A stretch of DNA of 64,000 nt from a phage: assembly GCA_036253495.1 (NCBI GenBank), contig GCA_036253495.1_4125.1; one strand, given 5' to 3'. The translations under genes and the position numbers were made by a program. Below the pieces are notes generated by a model that made no database searches, was not told where the DNA came from, and saw only the letters and a list, made by a program, of their open reading frames with translations. How positions within the stretch are numbered: position 1 is the stretch's first letter; each line of letters starts with the position of its first letter. Below are positions 19,978-29,576 of this stretch, piece after piece.

Positions 19978-22125
19978 ATGTTAAACATTACACGTATAAC
20001 AATGAGGAATTTCTTTTCCTTTGGTAATGCACCACAAGTTATTGATTTAAATGGTGCTGACATATCTTTAGTACTCGGTCAAAACAATGATGCTGTCATT
20101 GAAGGTGGTGATAGTTCTGGTCGTCGTAACGGTGTAGGTAAAAGTGCAATTATTCAAGGTCTTGTTTTTGGACTATTTGGAAAAAGTATTGGTAACGATA
20201 TTAAAATTCCAAACTTAGTTAATAAAACAAATGCTAAAAATTGTGAAGTTACCGTTGAGTTCGAGAAAGACGGTATACAATACCTTGTTGAGCGTGGGCG
20301 TAGTCCCACATATTTCAATTTCATCACTCTAGGTCAGGACAATAAAGTTCTCGATGAATCAAGAGGTGAAAAGAAAGATACACAAGAAGATCTAAATGAA
20401 ATTCTAGGAATCTCTCAATTACTTTTTGAGCACATTGTAGTACTGAATGCTAACGTTGAACCTTTCCTTGCTCTTTCTTCACAGAAACAACGTGATATGA
20501 TTGAAGAGCTATTAGGTATTACCCAATTAACAGAGAAAGCTGAACTGTTAAAGGATATGAACAAAGAGTCAAAACGTTTAGCTGACCAAGAGAAGTTTAA
20601 AATTGAAACAGTTGCAGCAAGTAATGAACGCATTCAACGCAGCATTGAAACCTTACAGGAACAGGCTAATAAGTTTGAAATTGATAAGGCTAATAGAGTG
20701 CAAAAACTAAAAAGTGAATTGGAAGTATACAGTACTTTTGTATTTTCTGATTTATATGCTGCTGCTGAAGAGAAAGAAGAAGCACTTCTACACATCTCTA
20801 AACGTTTACAACTCGAACGTAGAGTTCAAGAACTTGCAGTGAAATATGATCAGTACGATAGAGAACTAGCCACTAATAAAAATATTATTCAGCATAGTAT
20901 CGATAAATTAAAAACTATTGATATTGAATCTGAATTAAAAAACCATGAAGAAATGGAACTGTGGAAACAACTAGAATCTATCTTAAAAGATAATCAGTTG
21001 CAAAAGAATTTCAAAACACAGAAACTAAATTCACTAAATCTTTCGTTGAATGCTCATATTAAATCTCTTACAGCAGAAGAAGAGAAATTAAAATCAGTTG
21101 AGGATAGTAAATGTCCACTTTGTTTATCAGAGTTGGAGCATAATGAGCATGGTAATGGTATAAAAGATAAGATTAATGATACTATTCGTCTAATCAGAGA
21201 AAATATAAGTAAGGTTGAGTTGGAAATTGCAACACTATCAGATGAAATCAATGCAATTGAGATATTTGATATGCCCCCTAAACCTGTAACTTTCTATAAT
21301 ACCCTTACCGAAGCCCAAATGCATGACCATAAGCTACAAGAACTTATTAAAAAGAGTGAGGAAGAACAAATTAACATCTACCGTGATGAACTAATGTCTT
21401 CTTATGAGGCTCTTGATGCATTAGAAGTAAAGGAAGTTCCAGATGCGTTGAATAAATCAGAAGTTAAAGAGTTAGAAATGACTTTTAACTCACTTACTCA
21501 ACAACTTGAACGCGAAATGAACACAACTAATACGTTTATTAGTCAGATTAATACTTTAACAACCGATTCGTTGGTTCCTATTGATTATACTGACTTCAAT
21601 AACCTTGAAAAATTGGCTAATCACCAAGATTTCTTAGTTAAACTATTGCTCAATAAGGATAGTTATGTTCGTAAACGTATCATTGAACAAAATATCTCAT
21701 ATTTGAACTCCAGATTGCAGTACTATATTGATATGTGTGGTTCAGAACACAATGTGGTCTTCTTGAATGACCTTAGTGTTGAGATTGAGAAGAGTGGACA
21801 GTACTTTGACTATAAACAATTGAGTCGTGGAGAACGAACACGTGTTAATATTGCATTATCATGTGCTTTCCGCGATACTTATGAATCATTATATCAAAGT
21901 ATTAATATTCTTATCATAGATGAGATGATAGATCAGGGTCTTGATTCAAGTGGTGTTCTAAGAGTATGGTCAATCTTCCAGGATATGGCTGCTGTACGTG
22001 GTAAAAACGTATATGCAATATCTCACAGAGAAGAATTACTATCTAAAACAGAAAAAATCCTTAAAGTGGTAAAAGAAGACGGTTTCAGTACTGTTGAATA
22101 TGCTACTCTTGATGATATTTTCTAA
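19978..22125 (+). CDS. 46: Rad50/SbcC-like ATPase (T4 gp46-like)
   Basis: N-terminal Walker A (GRRNGVGKS), long coiled-coil middle, C-terminal signature/Walker B region (LSRGERTRVNIAL...LIIDE). Confidence 0.85.
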   Translation: MLNITRITMRNFFSFGNAPQVIDLNGADISLVLGQNNDAVIEGGDSSGRRNGVGKSAIIQGLVFGLFGKSIGNDIKIPNLVNKTNAKNCEVTVEFEKDGIQYLVERGRSPTYFNFITLGQDNKVLDESRGEKKDTQEDLNEILGISQLLFEHIVVLNANVEPFLALSSQKQRDMIEELLGITQLTEKAELLKDMNKESKRLADQEKFKIETVAASNERIQRSIETLQEQANKFEIDKANRVQKLKSELEVYSTFVFSDLYAAAEEKEEALLHISKRLQLERRVQELAVKYDQYDRELATNKNIIQHSIDKLKTIDIESELKNHEEMELWKQLESILKDNQLQKNFKTQKLNSLNLSLNAHIKSLTAEEEKLKSVEDSKCPLCLSELEHNEHGNGIKDKINDTIRLIRENISKVELEIATLSDEINAIEIFDMPPKPVTFYNTLTEAQMHDHKLQELIKKSEEEQINIYRDELMSSYEALDALEVKEVPDALNKSEVKELEMTFNSLTQQLEREMNTTNTFISQINTLTTDSLVPIDYTDFNNLEKLANHQDFLVKLLLNKDSYVRKRIIEQNISYLNSRLQYYIDMCGSEHNVVFLNDLSVEIEKSGQYFDYKQLSRGERTRVNIALSCAFRDTYESLYQSINILIIDEMIDQGLDSSGVLRVWSIFQDMAAVRGKNVYAISHREELLSKTEKILKVVKEDGFSTVEYATLDDIF

Positions 22126-22137
22126 TATAATGAATAA

Positions 22138-22161
22138 AGGGAGCCTTAGCTCCCTTTTTTT
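22138..22161 (+). terminator. rho-independent terminator after gp46-like gene
   Basis: AGGGAGC-CTTA-GCTCCCT hairpin followed by TTTTTTT. Confidence 0.6.
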
Positions 22162-22637
22162 ATATCTAACATGTTTAATTTGCCGTCCTTAATAAGCTTC
22201 CTAGCCTGTTTTACACGAGCAGTAGTGTTGCTACAAGGGACAACTCCTAACCCTTCCAGAATCGCGTTTTGCTGCGTTGCTGGGAGCCTTTTAAACTTAT
22301 TAACATCCACAGTTAATGCCGTGTGATGAATCACTTGCTCTTCTGGTGGAATATTATTGTTCTTTTCAAGATAATCTGCCAGATTTCTTAGTACTTCATG
22401 AAGAGGTTTATCAGTTAAATGACGCAAGTATCGATTGAAAGAGTTCTGCACCTTACCTTCCCATGCGTTAACCTCATTTTGTAGAACTTCTCTACAATGC
22501 TGGTTTTCGAAGTGATAGTGGTCGAGTACTGGTTTCTTAATCGGTTCCTTGATTATAGGATCAATACCTTTTTGCTTTTTTAATAATTCATTTCTGTACG
22601 TAGCAGCTTCCTTACTATCTTTAAGTCTTCGTTTCAT
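22146..22637 (-). CDS. Endonuclease VII-like (His-Me finger) protein lacking the canonical Zn-ligand cysteines
   Basis: 163 aa; LDHYHFEN and NAWEGKVQNSFNR align with T4 Endo VII LDHDHELN and NAAEGQMKHKFNR; only one Cys present. Confidence 0.45.
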   Translation of the reverse strand: MKRRLKDSKEAATYRNELLKKQKGIDPIIKEPIKKPVLDHYHFENQHCREVLQNEVNAWEGKVQNSFNRYLRHLTDKPLHEVLRNLADYLEKNNNIPPEEQVIHHTALTVDVNKFKRLPATQQNAILEGLGVVPCSNTTARVKQARKLIKDGKLNMLDIKKGS

Positions 22638-22731
22638 AATGTGCCTTAGATCTAAGTTAGTTTATGAAATATTTATGAAATACATTCCTAAGAAATTTTT
22701 AAGTACTTTTTTATAAAAAAGATTAGATATT

Positions 22732-22761
22732 TTGAGACACTTTTAAATTGCGTGCTATAAT
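22732..22761 (+). promoter_or_regulatory. strong sigma70-type promoter (TTGAGA-18 nt-TGcTATAAT) firing into ORF-free region
   Basis: -35 TTGAGA at 22732-22737, extended -10 TGCTATAAT at 22753-22761. Confidence 0.6.
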
Positions 22762-22766
22762 GTTTC

Positions 22767-23246
22767 ATGTAGTACTGACAATCCTGTTGAATGCAGAAAT
22801 GCATATAAATTAGAACCTAATCCACTCGAAAATGTAGAGGGTAGATGAGCAGTTCAACAGTGCGATGAGCAAAAGAAACCCGTTAGATGTGGGCATATTA
22901 TGAACCCCTCACGGCGACACGGCTCAATAAAGAACTCCGATAAGCATACAGAGAGTTCCTCGATAGATGTATAAGGATCGCACCTTACCAGATATGCTAA
23001 GGGAGTTTGATGATTCATTTCATTAAACAGCCTGAAGTTTGATTGTATAGACTTTCAGGTGAGTGTCAGGATGTTTAAGACTGACGACCGTTGCACATGA
23101 CTGCGATAGAGAGAAACAGAGCAACCCGCTTTCGTTCTTAATATTTTTTACAATATAATTACGTTTAAATTTTAAGAAATTCGCAATACAATAATACCGA
23201 TGCCATCAGCGTCAAGAAACAGAGACTTAATTGTCTCTTTTTTATT
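22767..23246 (+). ncRNA. candidate non-coding RNA (about 480 nt) between promoter and terminator; identity unknown
   Basis: No ORF longer than about 25 codons with an RBS on either strand; several stem-loops (e.g. CCTGAAGT...ACTTTCAGG, GTCAG...CTGAC); ends at hairpin AGAGAC-TTAATT-GTCTCT plus T-run at 23220-23246. Confidence 0.3.
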
Positions 23247-23473
23247 ATCTTCATTCCCCTGCGGGGGGATGAAATATCCTCAACAAATCCCGTCAAGTAT
23301 TAAATCATTTAAAGTTCTTTATAATTATATTAAAATGAATATGAGTTAACGTAGTTAACGAATATTCTTCAGCTAACGAATGAAATGAGTTAGATGAGTT
23401 CAATATAAATCAAATGAATTCCTTCAAGAATAAATCTTTTAAGATCATAATTTCTTTCATCTACTTTGTAAGT

Positions 23474-23519
23474 AAAAACCCAAAAAAACAAAAACAAAAA
23501 ACCAGCAACAATGTGCTGG
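23474..23519 (-). terminator. rho-independent terminator (minus strand)
   Basis: Minus-strand hairpin CCAGCA-CATTGT-TGCTGG followed by a long T-run (plus-strand A-rich tract 23474-23501). Confidence 0.6.
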
Positions 23520-23532
23520 CTTCTTATGAGTA

Positions 23533-23694
23533 TTAGTGCTTCTCGTTCATCTTCTTTACTTTCTTATTGTATGCCTTAATAAGCATATCTCTGTCATTTA
23601 CTGGCATATTAAGTAGAGTTGCATAATCGACATTATCTACATAAACAGCAGCATCCATAAGGGCATTTTTAATATCTGATTTATTCAACTCCAT
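23533..23694 (-). CDS. small ORF (53 aa) or -1 frameshift extension of the upstream 295-aa protein
   Basis: Frame open from the slippery T TTT TTC site inside the upstream gene to a TAA 14 nt before the terminator; internal ATG at 23694 with weak RBS. Confidence 0.3.
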   Translation of the reverse strand: MELNKSDIKNALMDAAVYVDNVDYATLLNMPVNDRDMLIKAYNKKVKKMNEKH

Positions 23695-23711
23695 ATCATC
23701 CAGAAGTTCTT

Positions 23712-24599
23712 TTATTTCTTCTGGGTTTGAGAAGAGAAGCTGAGATCGAAAAAATGAGTAGGGTCATACTTTAATCCAGTAAGTTCCCATTGATGCTGAC
23801 ATTCAATACATTCAACTTCCATTGTATGCGATACACCAATCTCTAGTACTTCATCCATTTTCTCTCTGATTTGCTTGATCACTTCTTTTGATTGAGTACC
23901 TAACCATTCACTTATGAATTTCTTATCTGATACTTCATCACCATCAGGAGTAATTACCTTATCAATAACTCCAGCAATCATATCAAAGTTTAGTTGTGCC
24001 ATGTTTTCAAATACTTCAGAAAACATTTTAATTTTATCATCTTCAGAAATATCAATAGTACTTTCAAGATACTTAGTTTTTTGCTGTTCAGCTAACATAC
24101 GTTGAGAAAACTCTGAATATTCTTTCCAAGTAAGTGGTCTGAACTGAAGAGACAAACCATTATTAAGATCAATACTAGGAATTTCAGTAAAAGATTCTGC
24201 CGTTTCCAATAGATAAGAAAGATCACGTTCAAAACGGCCTTCTTTGGAACATGATGGACATACGACATTGACATCATAACTGGTTTCTTTGGATGCTAAC
24301 TTGATAGCAATAAGAATTTGCTCAACATCATTGACAAAAAGCTCATCTGCGTTTAGAATGTTTGGTACACAGTTTTCGATAACAGATGACACTGCACTAC
24401 CATTGAGTAACATATCAGGTGTATTGAGCATCATTTCGTCACGAGCACTACGAGCACAGACACCACATTTAATGCCTTTGCTCCCCAATACACCATCTTT
24501 GTACTGGAAAATGTTGTTAGTGACGAGTTTAGTACTAATTTCTTCGATTTTTGTGTATTTTGCTAACGGGTTCATTGACATAATACTTTCTCCATGCAA
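23712..24599 (-). CDS. hypothetical protein with three CxxC pairs (possible Zn-binding)
   Basis: 295-aa ORF; CGVC, CPSC and CIEC motifs; no recognisable NTPase motif. Confidence 0.6.
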   Translation of the reverse strand: MHGESIMSMNPLAKYTKIEEISTKLVTNNIFQYKDGVLGSKGIKCGVCARSARDEMMLNTPDMLLNGSAVSSVIENCVPNILNADELFVNDVEQILIAIKLASKETSYDVNVVCPSCSKEGRFERDLSYLLETAESFTEIPSIDLNNGLSLQFRPLTWKEYSEFSQRMLAEQQKTKYLESTIDISEDDKIKMFSEVFENMAQLNFDMIAGVIDKVITPDGDEVSDKKFISEWLGTQSKEVIKQIREKMDEVLEIGVSHTMEVECIECQHQWELTGLKYDPTHFFDLSFSSQTQKK

Positions 24600-24658
24600 T
24601 AATTATGAAAGTATTTATGTATGTTCAAAACTTCAAAATCACCCAAGAGGAATATTTT

Positions 24659-25147
24659 ATGATAAAGACAACAATCAAACGTTTGTTCCAAGCCTTTGGT
24701 ATCTTTATGGTTGTTATGTTAGTAATCGGTATGATTGTTCCGAAAAGCGAAACATCCACAACTAAAGAATCAGAGTACAAAGAGCAGTTAACTAAACGTG
24801 AATTACCAACACAAATTGTTAGCTACAAAGGTAAACTGTATAACGAAGATCCTAATGAGGAACATTTAAAATGGACATTCATCCAATTCACTGTTAACGG
24901 TGATGAAGTACTGATGGGTCAGACATATGAATCATGGAGTTATATTGGAAGTACTGCATCTGGATATGATGTTTATTACAACATTAACGACTTCACTTAT
25001 ACTGTCGGCGGTGTTCAAAAGACAGTAAAACTTGAAGGTACATTGTATGTTAATAGAGAAACAAACTCTATCATATTCAGTAATAAAAATGTTAGTGACG
25101 GTTCACCAAAACGAACCTATAGTGCAGTACTGGAACCACGATACTAA
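24659..25147 (+). CDS. small membrane-anchored protein (N-terminal TM helix), unknown function
   Basis: Start moved to ATG with AAGAGGAA RBS (MIKTTIKRLFQAFGIFMVVMLVIGMIVP...); hydrophobic N-terminus then soluble domain. Confidence 0.5.
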   Translation: MIKTTIKRLFQAFGIFMVVMLVIGMIVPKSETSTTKESEYKEQLTKRELPTQIVSYKGKLYNEDPNEEHLKWTFIQFTVNGDEVLMGQTYESWSYIGSTASGYDVYYNINDFTYTVGGVQKTVKLEGTLYVNRETNSIIFSNKNVSDGSPKRTYSAVLEPRY

Positions 25148-25165
25148 AATAATTAAATAAAATCA

Positions 25166-25204
25166 AAGCCCATATGGTTAATATCCATGTGGGCTTTTTT
25201 TTTA
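25166..25204 (+). terminator. rho-independent terminator
   Basis: 11-bp stem AGCCCATATGG/CCATGTGGGCT (one G-U) followed by T9. Confidence 0.7.
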
Positions 25205-25256
25205 TGCATTGCATTTCATAAATATTCCTATATAAACTTAATGTAGGAATTATTAT

Positions 25257-27428
25257 ATGGCTGTAAACAACAGTGATTACTTACTACAACAGATAGTGAA
25301 TAAATCTAATGATACCGTAGATGGTCTTTCAGCTATACGTGAATTGTTAGCAGAAAGTTTAAAGAATGATAAAAAGAAAAATAATGGTGGTGGTAACCCA
25401 TCACCTGGCGATTCATCTGGACCAAGTGGTGGTGGACGCGGTTCTCGTGGTAATTCATCCTCTATGGGTAAAATGTTCAGAGCAATGTCCAGCGAAATGA
25501 CAAACGTTGGTAAAACAATGATGAGTACTTCAGCGAATGTCAGTACTGTCATTAACTCAATGGGTATGAGTGCATCATCCGTAGCTGGCTCTCTTTCTAT
25601 GATCCCTGGTCCTGTAGGAATGGCAGCATCAGCATTTAAAATGGTTGCTGATGTAGGGATGGCAGTATATAACGTAATGAACGCCCAGCTTGAAATGTAC
25701 AACAGAGTCAACAGTGCGGGTGTTTCTCTTGCTGAAGGTTATGGCTCTTTGCTAAAAGGTTCAGGTTCAGCGTTAATGTCTATGGATCTATTCAGTGAAG
25801 TAATATCAACTCATAGTGATGTTATTGCACAATTGGATGGTTCGTATGGAGATGGCGTTAAGGAATTTGGTAAATTGTTAGGTGTAGTTCAAAATGCCCA
25901 AGATAAACTTGGCCTATTTGGTATGTCACAAAAAACTTTATCAGATTTAGCAGCACGTAACATCAAAATTCAAAAACAATTTGGTGGTGCAGAACTAGTA
26001 AGGAATATAAACCAAGCACAAAGTACCCAAGAGTTAATTAAAACTATGTCTACTTTTAGTAAGACAATGGGTATGTCAATTGATGAATTACTTAAAAAGA
26101 CACAATCACTTGATAAATCATTTGATGCAAGAATACTAAAAACTACACTAAACAACTGGGTGGGACTATCAGAAGAAACCGCAACATTAACCACTAAAGC
26201 ACTTACCGAAGCGGCAGGTGGTATGGGGGATATGGGTACTGATTTCCTAAGATTGATTAGCCACAGAATATCAATTGGTGGTGTTCCTGATGATTTATTA
26301 TCTCCAATGATTAGCGAATTCGCTGACCTTGGTGAGAACATGGTTAAGTCTGGTGTAACCGATGCAAAAGCTATACGTGAAGCACAATATCAGTGGGTGA
26401 AGAAAAACAGAAAACGCGTTGAAAAAGATATGGAAGATATGCAACGAAGTCAAAACTTCACCGCTGCCGCATTTGCTAAGCAAATGTTAGATATGGAAGC
26501 TGCAATTAATGCTGACAAAAATCGACCAGCAGATAAAATCGCAGAATTTACTGATAGATTGAACAGATGGGTCAGTACTGAATTTGTTGCTCCATTCAAT
26601 AAAATGTATGCTGATGTTCAAAATAATGTTGTTGATTATTTGACAGCAATTGCAGATCGTACCGATAGTGCATGGGGATTTATTTGGGAATTGGCTAAAG
26701 ATGGATTTGGGTTAGTTCCAATATTCAAGGATGCAGTTGCTTATGTTGATCGTGTCGGTAATGAATTTGTATTGTGGCTTGAAGGATTAGGTGCAGATAT
26801 ATTTGGTGATACATACACTCAAGTTTCAAAAGCATTCGATGACTTCATGAAGAATCTCATGGATTTACCTGGAAAGTTATGGGATAAAGTAAAAGGATGG
26901 TTTGGTTCAGATGATAAATCTGAAAAACAAGAAGAACCTAAAAAGAAAATAGAAGAGAAAGCTACATCTTTCTGGGATTCTATTGGTAATTCAGTAGACG
27001 ATTTCACAAAATTTGTAGAAGAAAAAACACTTGACTTCCAAAAATGGAAATCTTCTAAATTATATACACCACCTAGACCATTTAACGTAGATAATGCATA
27101 TCGAGTCTTGGGCTATGAACCACCTAAAAACGTCCAGACTACAGTAATGCCAAATACACCACCTATGATGGAATTAACTCGTAAACATTATGATAAATCC
27201 GCATGGAAACCTGGTGAAGCACCATTCCCACCAGAACCAGATCGTGATATAAAATCTCTGGTAACGCCACAAAACGGAACTATAAATAATGACATGAGTT
27301 CAGAAGAGATCAAAGAAATTTTTAAACGTCTAGCAGAAATGAGTGAACAATCACTCGCAGCAACAAATCAGACAAATAATTACTTAAGAACAATTTCTGA
27401 AAATACACAAGGTGAACGCAATAGTTAA
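25257..27428 (+). CDS. large virion-associated protein (Gly/Ser-rich N-terminus, Met-rich segments); tape-measure-like or internal/ejection protein, unresolved
   Basis: 723-aa ORF preceded by CATAAATA late-type motif (25217-25224); immediately upstream of portal gene. Confidence 0.4.
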   Translation: MAVNNSDYLLQQIVNKSNDTVDGLSAIRELLAESLKNDKKKNNGGGNPSPGDSSGPSGGGRGSRGNSSSMGKMFRAMSSEMTNVGKTMMSTSANVSTVINSMGMSASSVAGSLSMIPGPVGMAASAFKMVADVGMAVYNVMNAQLEMYNRVNSAGVSLAEGYGSLLKGSGSALMSMDLFSEVISTHSDVIAQLDGSYGDGVKEFGKLLGVVQNAQDKLGLFGMSQKTLSDLAARNIKIQKQFGGAELVRNINQAQSTQELIKTMSTFSKTMGMSIDELLKKTQSLDKSFDARILKTTLNNWVGLSEETATLTTKALTEAAGGMGDMGTDFLRLISHRISIGGVPDDLLSPMISEFADLGENMVKSGVTDAKAIREAQYQWVKKNRKRVEKDMEDMQRSQNFTAAAFAKQMLDMEAAINADKNRPADKIAEFTDRLNRWVSTEFVAPFNKMYADVQNNVVDYLTAIADRTDSAWGFIWELAKDGFGLVPIFKDAVAYVDRVGNEFVLWLEGLGADIFGDTYTQVSKAFDDFMKNLMDLPGKLWDKVKGWFGSDDKSEKQEEPKKKIEEKATSFWDSIGNSVDDFTKFVEEKTLDFQKWKSSKLYTPPRPFNVDNAYRVLGYEPPKNVQTTVMPNTPPMMELTRKHYDKSAWKPGEAPFPPEPDRDIKSLVTPQNGTINNDMSSEEIKEIFKRLAEMSEQSLAATNQTNNYLRTISENTQGERNS

Positions 27429-27443
27429 AGGATTAATAATATA

Positions 27444-29171
27444 ATGAGTTGGAAACGTCACATGACTATGGGAAGATCAAAATTATCGATCGTACCCCAG
27501 CAATCCAATAGTAATAAATCCACTGGGAGCAAAACTAATTTTGCTTCCTACCTTCCGGTGGTTTATAACGGATTGGCAAACCGTACTGACCGTTACAGTC
27601 AATACGACCAGATGGATCAAGACCCAGAAATCAGAACGGCACTAAACATTATTGCTGACTTTTGTACACAGAGTACTGAAGATTTTGGTCTACCATATAA
27701 AATTAAATATAAAGATAATATTGGTGATACGGAAGTAACCACTATTGAAGACCGCTTAGATGCATGGACTGAACAGAATGATTTCAAAACAAGAATGTAT
27801 GAAATTGTTCGCGGACTACTTAAGTACGGTGACCAGTTCTTTATTCGTGACCCAGAAACATTCGACTGGTATTGGGTTAACCCAAAAAATGTCGAACAGG
27901 TTTTTGTTAACGAAGCAACCGGAAAAACACCAGTAATATACTATATAAGAGATGTATCTCTTAACCTTAAAGATAAAGTTTTTAGTAACCTTCAAATTGG
28001 TTTTGATAAAGCTTCATATCCAGGGGCAATACCGAACACACTAGGTGGTGGTGGTCAAGTTGCCGCAGGTGGTGCATCTGGTTTTACCAACCAAGGTAAT
28101 AGTTCCGATCCATTTAATACAAATGGTCGTATGGATATTATACCAGTTGGTGCAGAACACGTAATTCATCTGTCACTAAATACAGGACAAGATGGAGTTT
28201 GGCCTTTCGGTACAAGTATACTAGAAGATGTCTTTAAAGTCTACAAACAAAAAGAACTTCTTGAAGATAGTATTATTATCTATCGTGTACAACGTGCACC
28301 AGAACGCCGTGTATTCAAAATTGATGTTGGTGATATGCAAACTCACCAAGCAATGGCATATGTTGAACGCTTTAAAAATGAAATCCATCAAAGACGTATA
28401 CCTTCTAATAAAGGTGGCAGTACTTCATTGATGGATGCAGCATACAACCCACTAAGTATATTGGAAGACTATTTCTTCCCACAAACTTCCGAAGGTCGTG
28501 GTTCAGATGTTCAAACACTACCTGGTGGTGATAACTTAGGTCAGATTGATGACTTGAGATATTTTAATAATAAACTAATTCGTGGCTTACAAATCCCAGC
28601 ATCTTACCTTCCACAAGGTCCAGATGACGGCGGCGTATCACTATTTGGTGATGGGGCAACTCAAGCAATGGCAAGTGAATTACGTTTTAATAACCAATGT
28701 ATGCGTTATCAGCGTCTAGTTGCAAAAATTTTCGATGCCGAATTTAAGCGTTTTATGGTAAAAAATGGATATAACATTAGTACTTCTTCTTTTGAAGTTA
28801 TTATGAATCCACCAATTAACTTGGCTTCTTATCGTAAAGCAGAATTGGATGCGAAACTCATTAATACATATATGCCACTTAATGAATTACCATATATGGC
28901 GAAACAAACTATCCTTGAAAAAATGGGCTTCTCCCAGAAAGATATTGTTAAAAATGAACAGCTATGGTTACAAGAGAATCCACAAGATTCTAATGCACCA
29001 CAACAAGAAGATGTTGCTGGATTACAGTCAGTTGGTATCGACTCTCCTAATGACCCAGGTATGGACCTAGGATTAGATGCAGAAGGTAATCTGGAAAGTG
29101 CTGACGCTGAATACCAAAATCAGCAAGGAAATGGCTCTTTTGACCCTAATAATTTAGGTGAATCTTTTTAA
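27444..29171 (+). CDS. 20: portal vertex protein (T4 gp20-like)
   Basis: IIIYRVQRAPERRVFKIDVGDM and LPGGDNLGQIDDLRYF align with T4 gp20 [22 protein letters not shown] and LPGADNTGNMEDIRWF; head-module synteny. Confidence 0.85.
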   Translation: MSWKRHMTMGRSKLSIVPQQSNSNKSTGSKTNFASYLPVVYNGLANRTDRYSQYDQMDQDPEIRTALNIIADFCTQSTEDFGLPYKIKYKDNIGDTEVTTIEDRLDAWTEQNDFKTRMYEIVRGLLKYGDQFFIRDPETFDWYWVNPKNVEQVFVNEATGKTPVIYYIRDVSLNLKDKVFSNLQIGFDKASYPGAIPNTLGGGGQVAAGGASGFTNQGNSSDPFNTNGRMDIIPVGAEHVIHLSLNTGQDGVWPFGTSILEDVFKVYKQKELLEDSIIIYRVQRAPERRVFKIDVGDMQTHQAMAYVERFKNEIHQRRIPSNKGGSTSLMDAAYNPLSILEDYFFPQTSEGRGSDVQTLPGGDNLGQIDDLRYFNNKLIRGLQIPASYLPQGPDDGGVSLFGDGATQAMASELRFNNQCMRYQRLVAKIFDAEFKRFMVKNGYNISTSSFEVIMNPPINLASYRKAELDAKLINTYMPLNELPYMAKQTILEKMGFSQKDIVKNEQLWLQENPQDSNAPQQEDVAGLQSVGIDSPNDPGMDLGLDAEGNLESADAEYQNQQGNGSFDPNNLGESF

Positions 29172-29241
29172 TAATAAATAACAATGTATATAAATGAAGG
29201 GAACGTAAAAAATTCCCTTCATATTAATGCAAGGAGATAGC

Positions 29242-29472
29242 ATGTTAAAGGATATCTTTGAATCGAATTCTGATTCTATGTACGACCCTGAAGATGATCA
29301 GACCGTATATAAAATTACGGATTCCAGAAAACCCAAACTCACATTGCAAGTACTTAACAATCTGCGTAAGTACAGAGAATTTAAAGCAAATGAAGAACAG
29401 CGTAGAAATAATGTAGTCGCTGTTGTTTATGCTCCAGCACCAGCACCTGATGCTAATGCCGGAATGATGTAA
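29242..29472 (+). CDS. small prohead-core-like protein (gp67-sized), tentative
   Basis: About 76 aa with AGGAGA RBS; position between portal and protease genes as in T4. Confidence 0.35.
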   Translation: MLKDIFESNSDSMYDPEDDQTVYKITDSRKPKLTLQVLNNLRKYREFKANEEQRRNNVVAVVYAPAPAPDANAGMM

Positions 29473-29576
29473 TACCTTAAAAATCGCTCTTTTTAAAGCT
29501 TTTAAAAATGACGAATTTTTTCAGTACTAAATAATATCATACTTTATAGGAATTAAATATATCTTTGGAGGATATA

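Noticed and set aside
23186-23272. 29-aa hydrophobic peptide ORF (MKIIKKRQLSLCFLTLMASVLLYCEFLKI) on the minus strand, possible toxin-like small protein
   Set aside because: No properly spaced RBS and it overlaps the plus-strand terminator hairpin; most likely chance.
22640-23710. tRNA genes in the ORF-free region, as expected by analogy with T4 tRNA clusters
   Set aside because: Manual scan of both strands found no T-arm (GTTCGA/GTTCAA-type) or D-arm signatures and no cloverleaf-like spacing; a covariance-model search is still needed.
25277-27007. Minus-strand ORFs inside the 723-aa gene (25277..25711, 25970..26341, 26298..26483, 26819..27007)
   Set aside because: Embedded in a longer plus-strand ORF with a late-type promoter motif; no independent start signals.
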